The position numbers and the translations under genes were made by a program. DNA of 64,000 bases, from IMG/VR virus record IMGVR_UViG_3300020370_000003, positions 17,399-81,398 of that record, one strand, 5' to 3'. The notes under the pieces were generated by a model that worked only from the letters and a program-made list of their open reading frames with translations, was not told the origin of the DNA and ran no database searches. How positions within the stretch are numbered: the stretch's first letter is position 1; the number at the start of each line of letters is the position of its first letter. The DNA comes from a virus. Below are positions 11,001 through 20,992 of this stretch, in pieces.

Positions 11001-14000
11001 ACTCTTTGTCCATCAAAGAATACAAAGAATGATGTTCTAGGCTTCATACGAACAACATTAACATCTACGTTTCTAGAACGAATCCAAGGAATTGCTGTAG
11101 ATGAAAGAACTGAATCACCAGCACTAACTCTATCAATCCTTGGAACAACTCTTGTTCTAATACCAGATCTAGTTTGATTAGTTACAGATTCAACTCTTGT
11201 TGTTTCCATAACTGCACGACCCCAACCACCTGGAAGACGGTTAGGTTGTCCTGAATTCCAACGTCCTGTACTTGTTGTCTGCTCTCCAGTCCAAGTAGTC
11301 TGCCAACTACCCCATTGTGTTGGTGCAAAACCATTTTGATCAACATTAAAGCTAGCAGCAGTTGACTCAAAATCACCTTCTAAGTTCTGTACATTCTGTG
11401 GTACTCTATTTGTTTCAACCCAGTCATCAGATGCTGGAGTTAAATCAATACGTCCAATATAAGCAAAAACGTTAAATGGGTTTACATTTTCAACTCTTGA
11501 AGCATATGGTTGTATAATTAATGGTTCCTCTTCATATGGTAATGTTATAATAGGACCAGTCTTCTGATAGTTCTGAGATAATGAATCATTAACAACTAGA
11601 GAAACATTTGTTGTATAGTGAGAAGGACGGCAAAGACCATATGAGAAATCTAATGCTGCAGCCCAATCTTGTGACTTAGTAAGAGACTTAGAATGATCTG
11701 TAAAGTCATCTACAATGAATCCATTCTTTAAACGATTCTTACCAGAAGCATCAGTTATCTCAACGTTGAATGTATCAGTCTCTAACATATTAAGAGAAGT
11801 ATAATACTCAACACTACCAAGGCGTTTTTCAATAGCCCCGATATCTCTCATAGTAAATCTCTTATTATCAGACTTGATAATAGTTACATCATCAGCAGGT
11901 TCAAATCCATAAGGCTTGTGTCTTAAGACTGCTAACTGCATACCATCTTGTAAACCTTCTGGTTCAAGTGGAATCTCTGCAGACTTACCTTTAATTATTT
12001 GGAATTCACCATTAGGTAGTATATAAATTTTATCAATTCTTCTTAGATACCAATCAATATCACACTTAAAGTTACTATTGATTTTAGGTACATCAAATAA
12101 CGTAGCAGATGGTGTTCCTGAAGTTGGGAATACTCTTGACTTAAAGTCAAATGTAGAACAATTTACAAATGCTGGAGAAGAAACTGATCCTGTTCCTGTA
12201 TAAAGATTCTTACAACCTGGACGGAAGTCTAAGTAATCTGCTAAGAACTTCTCTCCATATATTGTTACATCCTTATAATCAGTATTCAAGTAAGACTGTC
12301 CACCGAAGTAATCTCCAGTAGCAGAATGACTATAATAATCTAATACGATTTTTAATTTTCTAATAGGAGTTGCAAAACCTTTTCTTCTTACTAACTTAGA
12401 AGGTCCATAGAAGAAATCAGTTTGACCATTCTCCAAAACATATCTGTCAGTAATTACCTTTGAACCTTCGATAATAGATCCAACAGCATCATTAATAATA
12501 CCACTAATAGCAAGGTTATTACTATCAGTACCCTCAACTGTCTCACCAGATACAAAATTACCATCAAGATATATGATAGTTAATTTTAAAGTACTTGTAT
12601 TAAAGTCAACAACCATCGCTCTTGCTTTGGATGTCTTACCTGTAACTACAGTACCAGTAGCAAAGAAAGTTGGTTCAACTAATGTAATAGATGGTACTAT
12701 AGGATCGTTTTCGTCTAAAGATTCGTATATTGCATGAATCTTATATCCATCCATCAATCCAAGAGAAAGTTCTCTATCCTCAATTCTTGTACCATAAAGG
12801 TTTGAATATGTTAATCCATAATTTAACTTATCTTTATTAGAGATAGTCTTATTAACTTTCATAACAAACATCTGTTGTGCTGCTTTTGTCTTTCTAGCAG
12901 TCACGTTCTTAGAAACAGTTGCTGTTACTTTAATAGATGTAATGTTTGTTAGGTTATCAATCTGGATAGTTGTTTTATCAGCAGAAGTAAATGTTGTATA
13001 TCCTAAAGCACCAGAGTTTGCAGTATCAATTGGAAGTTGATCACCAATAGGATAAGTACCATTAGTACCACCCATTACAGTTAATGTGTAGTTCTCATTA
13101 GTAATTGCTTCAAACTGTTCATTCTCTGGAAGAGTGATTGATACAGAATCTGATGCAACAGTCTGAGCATCAAATGTTCTACGACAAACCATTGATTCAT
13201 CAGAGATACTTTTGATGTATGGCTTAGGCATTTGACTCAATAGAGATGAATCTAAAGTATCAACTAACTTAGACCTATAACGAATTAGAGTTGTATATGT
13301 TCCTGCACTAGGATAGTTAGAACCTGGAGGAGTTACATTAACTGTCTGTGCTGAATAATCAAAAATAGTTAAAGTATTACCACTACCTAAAGCTGCTGGT
13401 GTTATAAAATCAACAGTAACATATGTTGTTGCAGAGAAGTATATTCTATCTCCTGGTCTTAGGTCAGCAGCAAAGTTTGATTGTAAACCTGTAATCTTTT
13501 CAGAACCACCAGTAGCATCATAAGTAAATGTTGCACCCTGAACAATCTTAGCATCATCTAATCTAAGATCTGATGTAAATTCTATTGCTTGAGTACTCTC
13601 ATCTCTTGCTACAAGTTGTCTTGCATCCGAATATTGATATACATGTGTATTACTAATTACATCTAATACTTCACCATCAAGAAGTAATGATTCACCTTTT
13701 TGGAAAGTACCTTCTACTTGATATAACTGGAAATGGCTACTAGTGGTAGCAGATATAATATATCCTTTAGCACCTGATGTCATACCAGTAAGTACTGAAC
13801 CCTGAGAAACGGATTTAGATGAAGCTATTTGAACTACAGTAATCATCTGTATATCAAATAGATTTAATTTATATCTATCATCCGCATCACCAAACGTACT
13901 ATTAGGATCTTGAACAAATTCACATGAAGAAACTCTAGCATATCCAATTATATTACCTTGAGCATCACCAGGAGTTGCTGTAAATTCATCATGCAATTCT

Positions 14001-15259
14001 ACAGTCTGATATGCATTACTAATAGTAGAACCAGAAACATTAGGGAATCCATAGAGATTACTAATATGTGAATAGTTACCTAACGTAAATCCTATATTAG
14101 TATTCTGTTGTGAATTAGTATCTCTAGGCTTCTCCAAATCAATATAAGTTGGAGCCATAGTTTTGATTCTATAACCCCTAACATATGCAGTTCCTGGACC
14201 TATCTCAATAGAATAAAGATTTTCTGCAGCAGTAAATCCACTACTGGTTGTTTCTCCAGCAGTATATACACCGTTATTAAACCCATCATTTAGGTTATCT
14301 CTCATAGAGATCTGGAAGTCTTGTACAACATAGTCTCCAGACTCTTCATATGTTCTTAATGCTAATGATTTTTCTAACTCACCAAAAGCAGTACGGTCAA
14401 CAAGTTTCTCAATCTTATCACCGTTAATACGAAGTAATTCGATGAAGTCTTTATCAGCATCATCTGTAAGTAATTTCTTAATTAAGTTGGTTGTTATTCT
14501 GAACCTATGAGCACCAGGAGCAGCATAATTAGATGTGCCTGCAGCGTTATCATTGAGTGATAAGTCATCTTCTGGGGTGACAATTGACTCAAGGATTTCG
14601 AGTCCAATTCTATATTTTGGAGAGGTTCCATATTGATCAAGAAGGATATACTGATAGGGTACGTCAACAAAGAATCCTCTGATGAAATAAACACCAGGTT
14701 GCACATAAGCAACAGAACCCTTTAAAATTGAAGCAGTAGGTAGAAGTTGTGCGAATGGTGAACCAACCTCAATCAAAGTACTACCAAAGGTAATGTCAGA
14801 TTCAGTGACTAATTGTTCGTTATTTGAGAAAGTAGTTTGGTTATTTGCTGTACCACCAGACTCAATATACTTCACATATATTGTGATATAACCTTTCTCA
14901 GATTCTGTTGCAGATATACTATAAAGTACTTGTGCTTTAACACCAGAGGCTAGACCTGTAATTATCTTACCGTCAAGTTGACTACGATACGCTTCTACGT
15001 CAGCACCCAAGAAACTCTCTTGAAGTAATATACAGTCAACTGATTTATCATAACCAATCTGGCCAGGTATGACCATCGCACCATCTTTAAAATTGTACGA
15101 CCCCATATTCTCAATCTGATTCTGCATAAGAGATTGAGAAGTCGTAAGTTCTCTTGCCTGTATAGGGAAGCCAGGACGGAACAGCACTCGATAAAAGTTT
15201 TTACTCTTATCAAAGTCGTCGTAATACGGTGTTACGTTTAAGTTAGTATTTTGTGCCAT
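8081..15259 (-). CDS. DUF4815 / VrlC-like large tail-baseplate structural protein (2392 aa)
   Basis: N-terminus NLNVTPYYDDFD..KNFYRVLFRPGFPIQARELT, LKNGFIVDDF, DPLAQSF and LFKSQNATTW motifs of this family; position after gp8. Confidence 0.85.
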   Translation of the reverse strand: MAQNTNLNVTPYYDDFDKSKNFYRVLFRPGFPIQARELTTSQSLMQNQIENMGSYNFKDGAMVIPGQIGYDKSVDCILLQESFLGADVEAYRSQLDGKIITGLASGVKAQVLYSISATESEKGYITIYVKYIESGGTANNQTTFSNNEQLVTESDITFGSTLIEVGSPFAQLLPTASILKGSVAYVQPGVYFIRGFFVDVPYQYILLDQYGTSPKYRIGLEILESIVTPEDDLSLNDNAAGTSNYAAPGAHRFRITTNLIKKLLTDDADKDFIELLRINGDKIEKLVDRTAFGELEKSLALRTYEESGDYVVQDFQISMRDNLNDGFNNGVYTAGETTSSGFTAAENLYSIEIGPGTAYVRGYRIKTMAPTYIDLEKPRDTNSQQNTNIGFTLGNYSHISNLYGFPNVSGSTISNAYQTVELHDEFTATPGDAQGNIIGYARVSSCEFVQDPNSTFGDADDRYKLNLFDIQMITVVQIASSKSVSQGSVLTGMTSGAKGYIISATTSSHFQLYQVEGTFQKGESLLLDGEVLDVISNTHVYQYSDARQLVARDESTQAIEFTSDLRLDDAKIVQGATFTYDATGGSEKITGLQSNFAADLRPGDRIYFSATTYVTVDFITPAALGSGNTLTIFDYSAQTVNVTPPGSNYPSAGTYTTLIRYRSKLVDTLDSSLLSQMPKPYIKSISDESMVCRRTFDAQTVASDSVSITLPENEQFEAITNENYTLTVMGGTNGTYPIGDQLPIDTANSGALGYTTFTSADKTTIQIDNLTNITSIKVTATVSKNVTARKTKAAQQMFVMKVNKTISNKDKLNYGLTYSNLYGTRIEDRELSLGLMDGYKIHAIYESLDENDPIVPSITLVEPTFFATGTVVTGKTSKARAMVVDFNTSTLKLTIIYLDGNFVSGETVEGTDSNNLAISGIINDAVGSIIEGSKVITDRYVLENGQTDFFYGPSKLVRRKGFATPIRKLKIVLDYYSHSATGDYFGGQSYLNTDYKDVTIYGEKFLADYLDFRPGCKNLYTGTGSVSSPAFVNCSTFDFKSRVFPTSGTPSATLFDVPKINSNFKCDIDWYLRRIDKIYILPNGEFQIIKGKSAEIPLEPEGLQDGMQLAVLRHKPYGFEPADDVTIIKSDNKRFTMRDIGAIEKRLGSVEYYTSLNMLETDTFNVEITDASGKNRLKNGFIVDDFTDHSKSLTKSQDWAAALDFSYGLCRPSHYTTNVSLVVNDSLSQNYQKTGPIITLPYEEEPLIIQPYASRVENVNPFNVFAYIGRIDLTPASDDWVETNRVPQNVQNLEGDFESTAASFNVDQNGFAPTQWGSWQTTWTGEQTTSTGRWNSGQPNRLPGGWGRAVMETTRVESVTNQTRSGIRTRVVPRIDRVSAGDSVLSSTAIPWIRSRNVDVNVVRMKPRTSFFVFFDGQRVDAYLTPKIIEVIKDSTTDSRTNSTPFVEGETVTGLTSGCKLQVAAPNDYFTYNPYDDTELPSSYASTTNFININTESLAAQAVGEYFGNVQVGEVLQGASGARAVVKDRRCISDRRGQYRASFYIPDAGIDTNPRWATGTRLLRFTTNENDSRLPGTVDSAAQVEYRSTGSLNTVQEVILSIRNAEVTQDTQTQSQSITTTIREETRQVGWWDPLAQSFLVDEEGGTFITSVDIYFATKDVNIPISMQVRTMENGYPTTTILPFSDTTLTPEQVQISETGAVATRFTFRAPVYIPQSQEHCFVLFSDSNTYKVWISRMGELDITGDRTISEQPYAGVLFKSQNATTWTADQYEDMKFIVNRAVFNTSVASRVTLNNAPLDRGNRGKIILQPDAIQTFQPELQLVMNSTTLPFSAGARVYQKTTLAEGTIKAVASSAGGVLLTINDISGTWSAGSNTGGVISNRLVSSKTLADMTVTGASGDFSVGETITGNSATSPTAEVVTWTPGTNTLTLKYVSTDFTASTETITGGESSVTATVNAISYSGDVIETGAVSDAYPSTSPTYTSAQRKVKVFHSNHGMHDNDNNVTLVDIASEVSTTYLTSSISAADTSIQVNDGTAFHTIINGGTVGTANVGYIKIDDEIISYSAISGDGKTITAYERGVDGTTAVTHTDDSRVHCYNLDGIPLPELNKTHAAILAPSLDSYELTTNSIARLGIKSGGNHIEASQNIQYEVLTPQIQKLILPKTSVDGTVNTISGTSIGDGQALSQNSFSNTGEFFDVVLNDYNEFLSPQLICSQINESAELSGSKSFRLDLTLKSEKENVSPIIDTDRMSIILTSNRINSPTNINSALLPVGDEHEAVYITKIATLTNPSGAIKLMFSATRPPDTHIKPLYRVLPAGSTDNIETLGWEFFPTGGDSVIPATTDEEVYRDYGYEISGLDFTQYQIKILFVSQNQASVPKIMDLRAIALAI

Positions 15260-15263
15260 TCGT

Positions 15264-16796
15264 TTAGAACTCGATTACGATTTTAATGTCTTCTACTTGG
15301 TCGTTTGCACGACTAATTGCTCTCCTATTATCTATGTAAACAACCTGACCGCTATTTGACTTAATCTCTGGTTTTGCATATCCAGAATTAAATCTCATAC
15401 CCAAATCATATTCAGTATTATTAATAGTTCTAGAAGAAGAGTTTGGAACAGCAGGGAAGTTTACATCTGGTTGCCCAGCTGCACCTGAAGTTGCACCACT
15501 TATAACGTTAGATCCATCAAACTCATTCTGTGTACCAGTAACTTCTGGGAAGATACCATCAATTTCATTTTGATAATACTTCAAGACTTTTGTTGTAGCA
15601 TTCCAGGATATAACCCTTCCACGTGCAGTAACGTTTGTACCACCAACAACTCTAGTTTGAGTGATAATTTCGTCAGGGACATAGTTACCTTGGAATGTTG
15701 GATTGAATATAACTGCTTTAGTAGCAGAAACTGTAAGATCTGATATCAACTCAGTTGTACCAAACTTAAGAGGATTGGATATTAATCCAATACGACGGTA
15801 GTCATTATCAACTGGGAAGTCACCAGCACCCTCATCATATGAGAGTTTAGCGTTAATCATAACTCGGAATGCACCAAGTTCGATAACAGTGTCGCTACCA
15901 TGACCACCTGGAGGTGGGATGATTACATCGACTTGACCACCTTGACCAGTACCAATACCAGTAATATTGTCAACAGAAATTTTACCAAAGGTATATCCAG
16001 TACCACCACTAGTAACAGTAGCAGAAATAATTTTACCTCCATCGACAACAATAGAGACCCTACCGCCAGTACCATCACCGTTAATAGAAACATTATCGTA
16101 AGTACCGTTATTGTAACCTGTACCTGCAGCATTAATAACTACAGTATCAACTTCACCCTCAACAGCATTTGTCTTCACTGCATCATTAGTGAATACAGGC
16201 ATATAATCGTTCGAGAAGAACTTAAGAACAGATGCAACAGGAATAGTGTACATATACTTCCATCTATAACCATCACCAGTAGTAACAATAGAGGTAGAAG
16301 TACCAGTAGGTTCAACCGTAGAAGGTTTTCCGTTAGGATCGCTAGGAGAAGTACCGTTATAGATGCACTTATAAACTTGATACTGAGAATTTACAACGTA
16401 AAAGTCAGAATCATATAGTTTAGTAGCACCAGAAGCAGCAGTTTTACTTGGAGAATAGTCATGTCTATACATGTCATAGGTGAAACCTAATCCACCAGTA
16501 GTTTGTTCTGGGGAAACCCAGTCAATTCTACGAGAGACTTGAACAGTATCAGAAGCGAGGACTCTCTTCAACGATATCATGTCATCGTAAGAACCCGAAA
16601 ATTCGGAAAATGAATCAACTGCCTGTGGAGGCGAGTTTTCATTATCCCACGATTGTGGTCTACCTATAAAAAGGTATACACGATCTCGTGTAGCACCTGC
16701 ATCCGTATCGGATTGCGTTGGGTCTGGACCTTCGAGAGCCTTAATAAATTTTAATGCTGAAAAAATCCTAAATTGATCAGTTAATAGAGCTGCCAT
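15264..16796 (-). CDS. gp8: Baseplate wedge subunit gp8
   Basis: YLFIGRPQSW, YVVNSQYQVYKCIYNG, DGYRWKYMYTIP and C-terminal YIDNRRAISRANDQVEDIKIVIEF match T4-like gp8. Confidence 0.93.
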   Translation of the reverse strand: MAALLTDQFRIFSALKFIKALEGPDPTQSDTDAGATRDRVYLFIGRPQSWDNENSPPQAVDSFSEFSGSYDDMISLKRVLASDTVQVSRRIDWVSPEQTTGGLGFTYDMYRHDYSPSKTAASGATKLYDSDFYVVNSQYQVYKCIYNGTSPSDPNGKPSTVEPTGTSTSIVTTGDGYRWKYMYTIPVASVLKFFSNDYMPVFTNDAVKTNAVEGEVDTVVINAAGTGYNNGTYDNVSINGDGTGGRVSIVVDGGKIISATVTSGGTGYTFGKISVDNITGIGTGQGGQVDVIIPPPGGHGSDTVIELGAFRVMINAKLSYDEGAGDFPVDNDYRRIGLISNPLKFGTTELISDLTVSATKAVIFNPTFQGNYVPDEIITQTRVVGGTNVTARGRVISWNATTKVLKYYQNEIDGIFPEVTGTQNEFDGSNVISGATSGAAGQPDVNFPAVPNSSSRTINNTEYDLGMRFNSGYAKPEIKSNSGQVVYIDNRRAISRANDQVEDIKIVIEF

Positions 16797-16822
16797 TTCC
16801 TAGTGACTATTGTCCTCTTGTT

Positions 16823-16830
16823 TATTTATG
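16823..16830 (-). promoter_or_regulatory. T4-type late promoter (CATAAATA)
   Basis: Intergenic, about 27 nt upstream of the gp8 start. Confidence 0.7.
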
Positions 16831-16831
16831 T

Positions 16832-19800
16832 CTATTTGGAACGAACTATAGTTGAATACTCAATTCGTTGAATTCTATATCTCGCTCCACTATTACCAAC
16901 TGCATCTTCACCACCTAATATTGCTTGAGCAGCCGCTCCAGTTCCAGTGGTATCACCAGCAGCAGGAGTGAATGTTACTGTAGGATGAAGAGCATAAAAC
17001 CCATCAACACTTTGTACTATTCCAAATCCACCACTAGTAAGAGTAATATCTTTTACTTGGTCACCAGCAGTTGTCATATTAATAGTACCTGTTGCTGTTA
17101 TATCTCCAATATCTTCAACAACTAATGTTGGTGGTGCAGTATAGTTAGTTCCTGGATTCTGCAATACAAAATCTACTACAGTTGTATTGTATGAAAATTC
17201 ATATAAGTAACCATTCACACCCTTATTAACATCACCAGTATTATATGGAGTTATATCTTTAAGTTGTAAAATACTATTTACAGGATCCCAAGAAACTACT
17301 GTTCCTCTTACACCTGAAACAGAACCAGTTACAATTTCATTAACACCAAATGACAAATTATTTGAAACACTAGGATCTAAGAACAAATTGACAAGTGCCT
17401 CATGTTCTACACCATCAGTCAATGTTCCAGCAGCACTAATGGTTGCGTATTTAAACGGAATAGCAGCATCTTTAATCTGGTCACCAACTTGGAATAGAGT
17501 TGTGTTTTGTCCACCAAGAGTTTCTTCAATACCATATAATGAGAAATACATACCACCATCAAGACTAATTTGATTTTCAAAAGTTGTGCCAGTATTAACA
17601 AGATCTATAATTCCATCTCCAGCACCATCCAATTCATCATCATCTTCAAACTTCTTATCTATCATAAGACCAATAGGAACTGTTAATGTAACAATACCTG
17701 GTCCTCCAAGGTCATCTAACAGAACATGAGGGTTAAATCCACCAGGAGCACTATTAGCAACACCAGCATCAAACTGAACAATAGCATCTTCAGTTGATGG
17801 TCTACCACCATCAATAAATGCTAATTCATCTACTTCAAATGTAACTAGAAGTTCTCTCGTAAATTTATTAAAGTCATAAACTTTAGCAACCTTATTACTA
17901 GCATTCTCAACTTTTCTAATAACTCTGTCACCTACATTAAATTCATATGCTGATGAACCATCAGGATTATTCTGTCCAATATCAAGAATAACTCTTTGGT
18001 CATAGTTAAAGTTTACACCTCTGGTTAGTCCTGAGAATTTACCAGGAGCTTTATTTGTATATGCTATTGTTTCCTTATTAAGGATAACAGTACCAGAACC
18101 AGGATATGCGTCTGTAGAATCAACATATATTGTTGTATCTGATGGATCAACATCTTTAACAAGACCTGTAAGATAATTAGCACCTGAGTTGTATGCCTGT
18201 CTTGCTCTAGTCTTACGTTTAAGGTTAACAAGTTTAGTGAATATAACTGATGGTGGATTAATATATCCATTACCAGGGTCTGTAACTACTATTTCACTAA
18301 TAGAACCTTGAGCAATTCTTGCTTCTGCTTTTGCTCCTATACCTCCACCACCAGTAATTAAAATATAAGGAGGTTCTTCATAGTATTCACCAGCATCAAC
18401 TATAGAAATATTTTTAATTTGTCCTAATGTGTCAACAGCTGCAGCACCTTCAGCACCTTGTCCACCACCACCTTCAAATATAAGAGTTGGTGGAGATGAA
18501 TACTCTCTACCACCATTCATTAAAGAAAGACCAGTAACTGTTTGTACTATAGGACTACCAGTACCACCACTACCTTCTCCACCTAAAATTCTTGCTGTAG
18601 CAGGACCAAAATAATTATCTCCCATTTTGGTCATCTTAATATAATCAATCTGGCCAGGATTTGCAGCACTTAAAACAATTTCACCTTCTGCCCCACCTGG
18701 AAAAATGTCTGCTGCCTGTGGAAGAGTGTCTCCTTCAAATATTGCTTTCCCATAAAATCTAGAACCAATAACATATGGGTATACAGGATTACCTGAACTA
18801 TCCTCTGTCATAAAGTAAGCATATGTTCCATTTGGATACTCTGGAGTTACAGCAAACCTACCATTATACTCATCAAGAGTACCTTGATTATCCCAAATAT
18901 TATCTTCAACTAGATCACCCATCACATAACCATCTTGAACAGTTCTTACCCCTATTCCAGCAGATGTATAAGCAAAGAAATATAATGCTAATGGTGCATC
19001 TACAGGAACTAGAAATCTTATCTCTCTAGAAGAAGCCGCATTAAATCCAGAATTATATGCAGCATACGTTACTTCAGATCCTTCTAACCAATAACTAATA
19101 CCAACTCCATTATACAAATATGATGAATCTTGAGGAGTAGATGATACATGCCATCCATCTTCTGTTGTAGATAGTAACATCTGATTGTTATACAACGATG
19201 CATCATTCTGTTGGAAGATATATGTATTACCTCTTAAAAGATTTAAGAATGAAACCTGACTGCCATCAAAATTGTAAGTACCATTAGCAAGAGTTACTGC
19301 ATAAGTTACCGTTGTTGGTGTAGTAATTTGTGGTCTTGCACCTGCTATTTCAGCACCTGTTTTTAATCTATAACCACTAGTTTCTCTTGCAGCTGAACCA
19401 CTACTATTATATCCATAAGGACCATAAATTGGATAACCATCATAAGACATACCTAAGATCTTAGAGTGTCCATCAGCATGTCTACTGTAATCTGGTGAAG
19501 CACCACCAGAATAATAATCAGTAATATAATAATCATTAGTTGGTGTATGTGCTTCAACTGTAGGGTCTAAGATCATATAACCTTCATGACCTTCATGACC
19601 AGACATATATCTGTGATTCTTACAATAGTAGTAAATACGATTAGTCTCATCCTCATTCATTATAAACAGAGGTTGTAACTCATTCTCATAATCTGTAGAT
19701 GGTGCTGCACTTGCACCTGTACTATTATAATAAAGTGACCCACCATTCAATAAACCATCCTGTGTAGTACTGAACTGCATAGGATGACCATCTGTATGAT

Positions 19801-20986
19801 GTTCTCCAGGAGAATTAGTAGGATCAGATTGATTCCATTTAATTAAATAATTTCTTTGAACTTTAATATCTTCAGGAGAAAGATAATATTGACCTGGAAC
19901 AAATGGACCAAACTCAGCAGCATCCGTTCCAAAATCAATATAAAAAATACCATTAGGGAAATATGTTACTGGTTCTGCAATTCTAAAACTAAAACCAGTA
20001 GAACCTAAAAGTACATCATCCTCAGTAAATGTATTTTTAAGATCTCTTAGATATACATGTGTAATTACTCCTAGATTATTCTTTACAATCTTTGCAATTT
20101 CTCCTCTACCATTACCTCCAATTTCATCTACTGTTCTACCAACTTCAACAACACCTAAAGTTTGATCAACATTTTCAACTTGCAACATTACATTATCAAA
20201 TTCTACCTTAATATTCCAAGTAAATTGTTGTTGCTTACCCCACTCAAAAACACCATTTTTAGAAGCGAATTCGCCAATAGTTTTACTAGACTGATAATAA
20301 TAAACTGCATTATCAACTACAGTATGATGCACACTACTATTTTTAATATGAGTATGCTTTACAGCATCTATTGTAAATCCTGGAGGTGGACTTCCATCTG
20401 GACCCCATTCTGGTGTATGAAGTAATCCACCGTTCGCTAATATACCAGTAACTTTATCTAATTGTTCTTCTCTAATACTAGGGTCTGGTACATCTTTACC
20501 ACCCCTGAATATAAATTCTTGATTAAATGGTCTATCTACTAAGTAACTTTGACCACCTGGTTCTCTTTCTTGATCTATAATAGAAGGCTTAGGACTATTA
20601 TCAGAAGTAATAGTAATCCTATCCGAGTTGGCACTAAATGTTCCTACAGTTGGAGAGTTTGGATGAGTCTGCCATATCTTATTAATATCAAATGAACTAA
20701 CAACATTAGGAGTATCCTGAGATGGAATTATTTGTAATCTTAAAGGATCGTATCCTTTACCTCTTTCTAAGACTCTAACGTGTATTATCTTACCAGATTC
20801 TTCATCAATAATAGGATACAGTAATGCTGCCTGGTCAGGTGTACCACAACCAGTAATAGTTAAACGTGGAGGATCCTCTTGAGAATATGAATCCCCTCCT
20901 TCAACTACTCTTACCGCACGAACTCCAAAAACTTCATCAAATATAGGTTCAATTACAGCACCACTTCCAGGAACAGTTCTTGCCAT
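16832..20986 (-). CDS. Baseplate-associated structural protein with YHYH-type domain and cupredoxin-like inserts
   Basis: GHSKILGMSYDGYPIYGPYGY...LDEYNGRF..TPEYPNGTYAYF (YHYH-family motifs); GG.GY..PP.I.I.GGGG repeats; lies in the baseplate operon. Confidence 0.75.
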   Translation of the reverse strand: MARTVPGSGAVIEPIFDEVFGVRAVRVVEGGDSYSQEDPPRLTITGCGTPDQAALLYPIIDEESGKIIHVRVLERGKGYDPLRLQIIPSQDTPNVVSSFDINKIWQTHPNSPTVGTFSANSDRITITSDNSPKPSIIDQEREPGGQSYLVDRPFNQEFIFRGGKDVPDPSIREEQLDKVTGILANGGLLHTPEWGPDGSPPPGFTIDAVKHTHIKNSSVHHTVVDNAVYYYQSSKTIGEFASKNGVFEWGKQQQFTWNIKVEFDNVMLQVENVDQTLGVVEVGRTVDEIGGNGRGEIAKIVKNNLGVITHVYLRDLKNTFTEDDVLLGSTGFSFRIAEPVTYFPNGIFYIDFGTDAAEFGPFVPGQYYLSPEDIKVQRNYLIKWNQSDPTNSPGEHHTDGHPMQFSTTQDGLLNGGSLYYNSTGASAAPSTDYENELQPLFIMNEDETNRIYYYCKNHRYMSGHEGHEGYMILDPTVEAHTPTNDYYITDYYSGGASPDYSRHADGHSKILGMSYDGYPIYGPYGYNSSGSAARETSGYRLKTGAEIAGARPQITTPTTVTYAVTLANGTYNFDGSQVSFLNLLRGNTYIFQQNDASLYNNQMLLSTTEDGWHVSSTPQDSSYLYNGVGISYWLEGSEVTYAAYNSGFNAASSREIRFLVPVDAPLALYFFAYTSAGIGVRTVQDGYVMGDLVEDNIWDNQGTLDEYNGRFAVTPEYPNGTYAYFMTEDSSGNPVYPYVIGSRFYGKAIFEGDTLPQAADIFPGGAEGEIVLSAANPGQIDYIKMTKMGDNYFGPATARILGGEGSGGTGSPIVQTVTGLSLMNGGREYSSPPTLIFEGGGGQGAEGAAAVDTLGQIKNISIVDAGEYYEEPPYILITGGGGIGAKAEARIAQGSISEIVVTDPGNGYINPPSVIFTKLVNLKRKTRARQAYNSGANYLTGLVKDVDPSDTTIYVDSTDAYPGSGTVILNKETIAYTNKAPGKFSGLTRGVNFNYDQRVILDIGQNNPDGSSAYEFNVGDRVIRKVENASNKVAKVYDFNKFTRELLVTFEVDELAFIDGGRPSTEDAIVQFDAGVANSAPGGFNPHVLLDDLGGPGIVTLTVPIGLMIDKKFEDDDELDGAGDGIIDLVNTGTTFENQISLDGGMYFSLYGIEETLGGQNTTLFQVGDQIKDAAIPFKYATISAAGTLTDGVEHEALVNLFLDPSVSNNLSFGVNEIVTGSVSGVRGTVVSWDPVNSILQLKDITPYNTGDVNKGVNGYLYEFSYNTTVVDFVLQNPGTNYTAPPTLVVEDIGDITATGTINMTTAGDQVKDITLTSGGFGIVQSVDGFYALHPTVTFTPAAGDTTGTGAAAQAILGGEDAVGNSGARYRIQRIEYSTIVRSK

Positions 20987-20992
20987 ATTTTA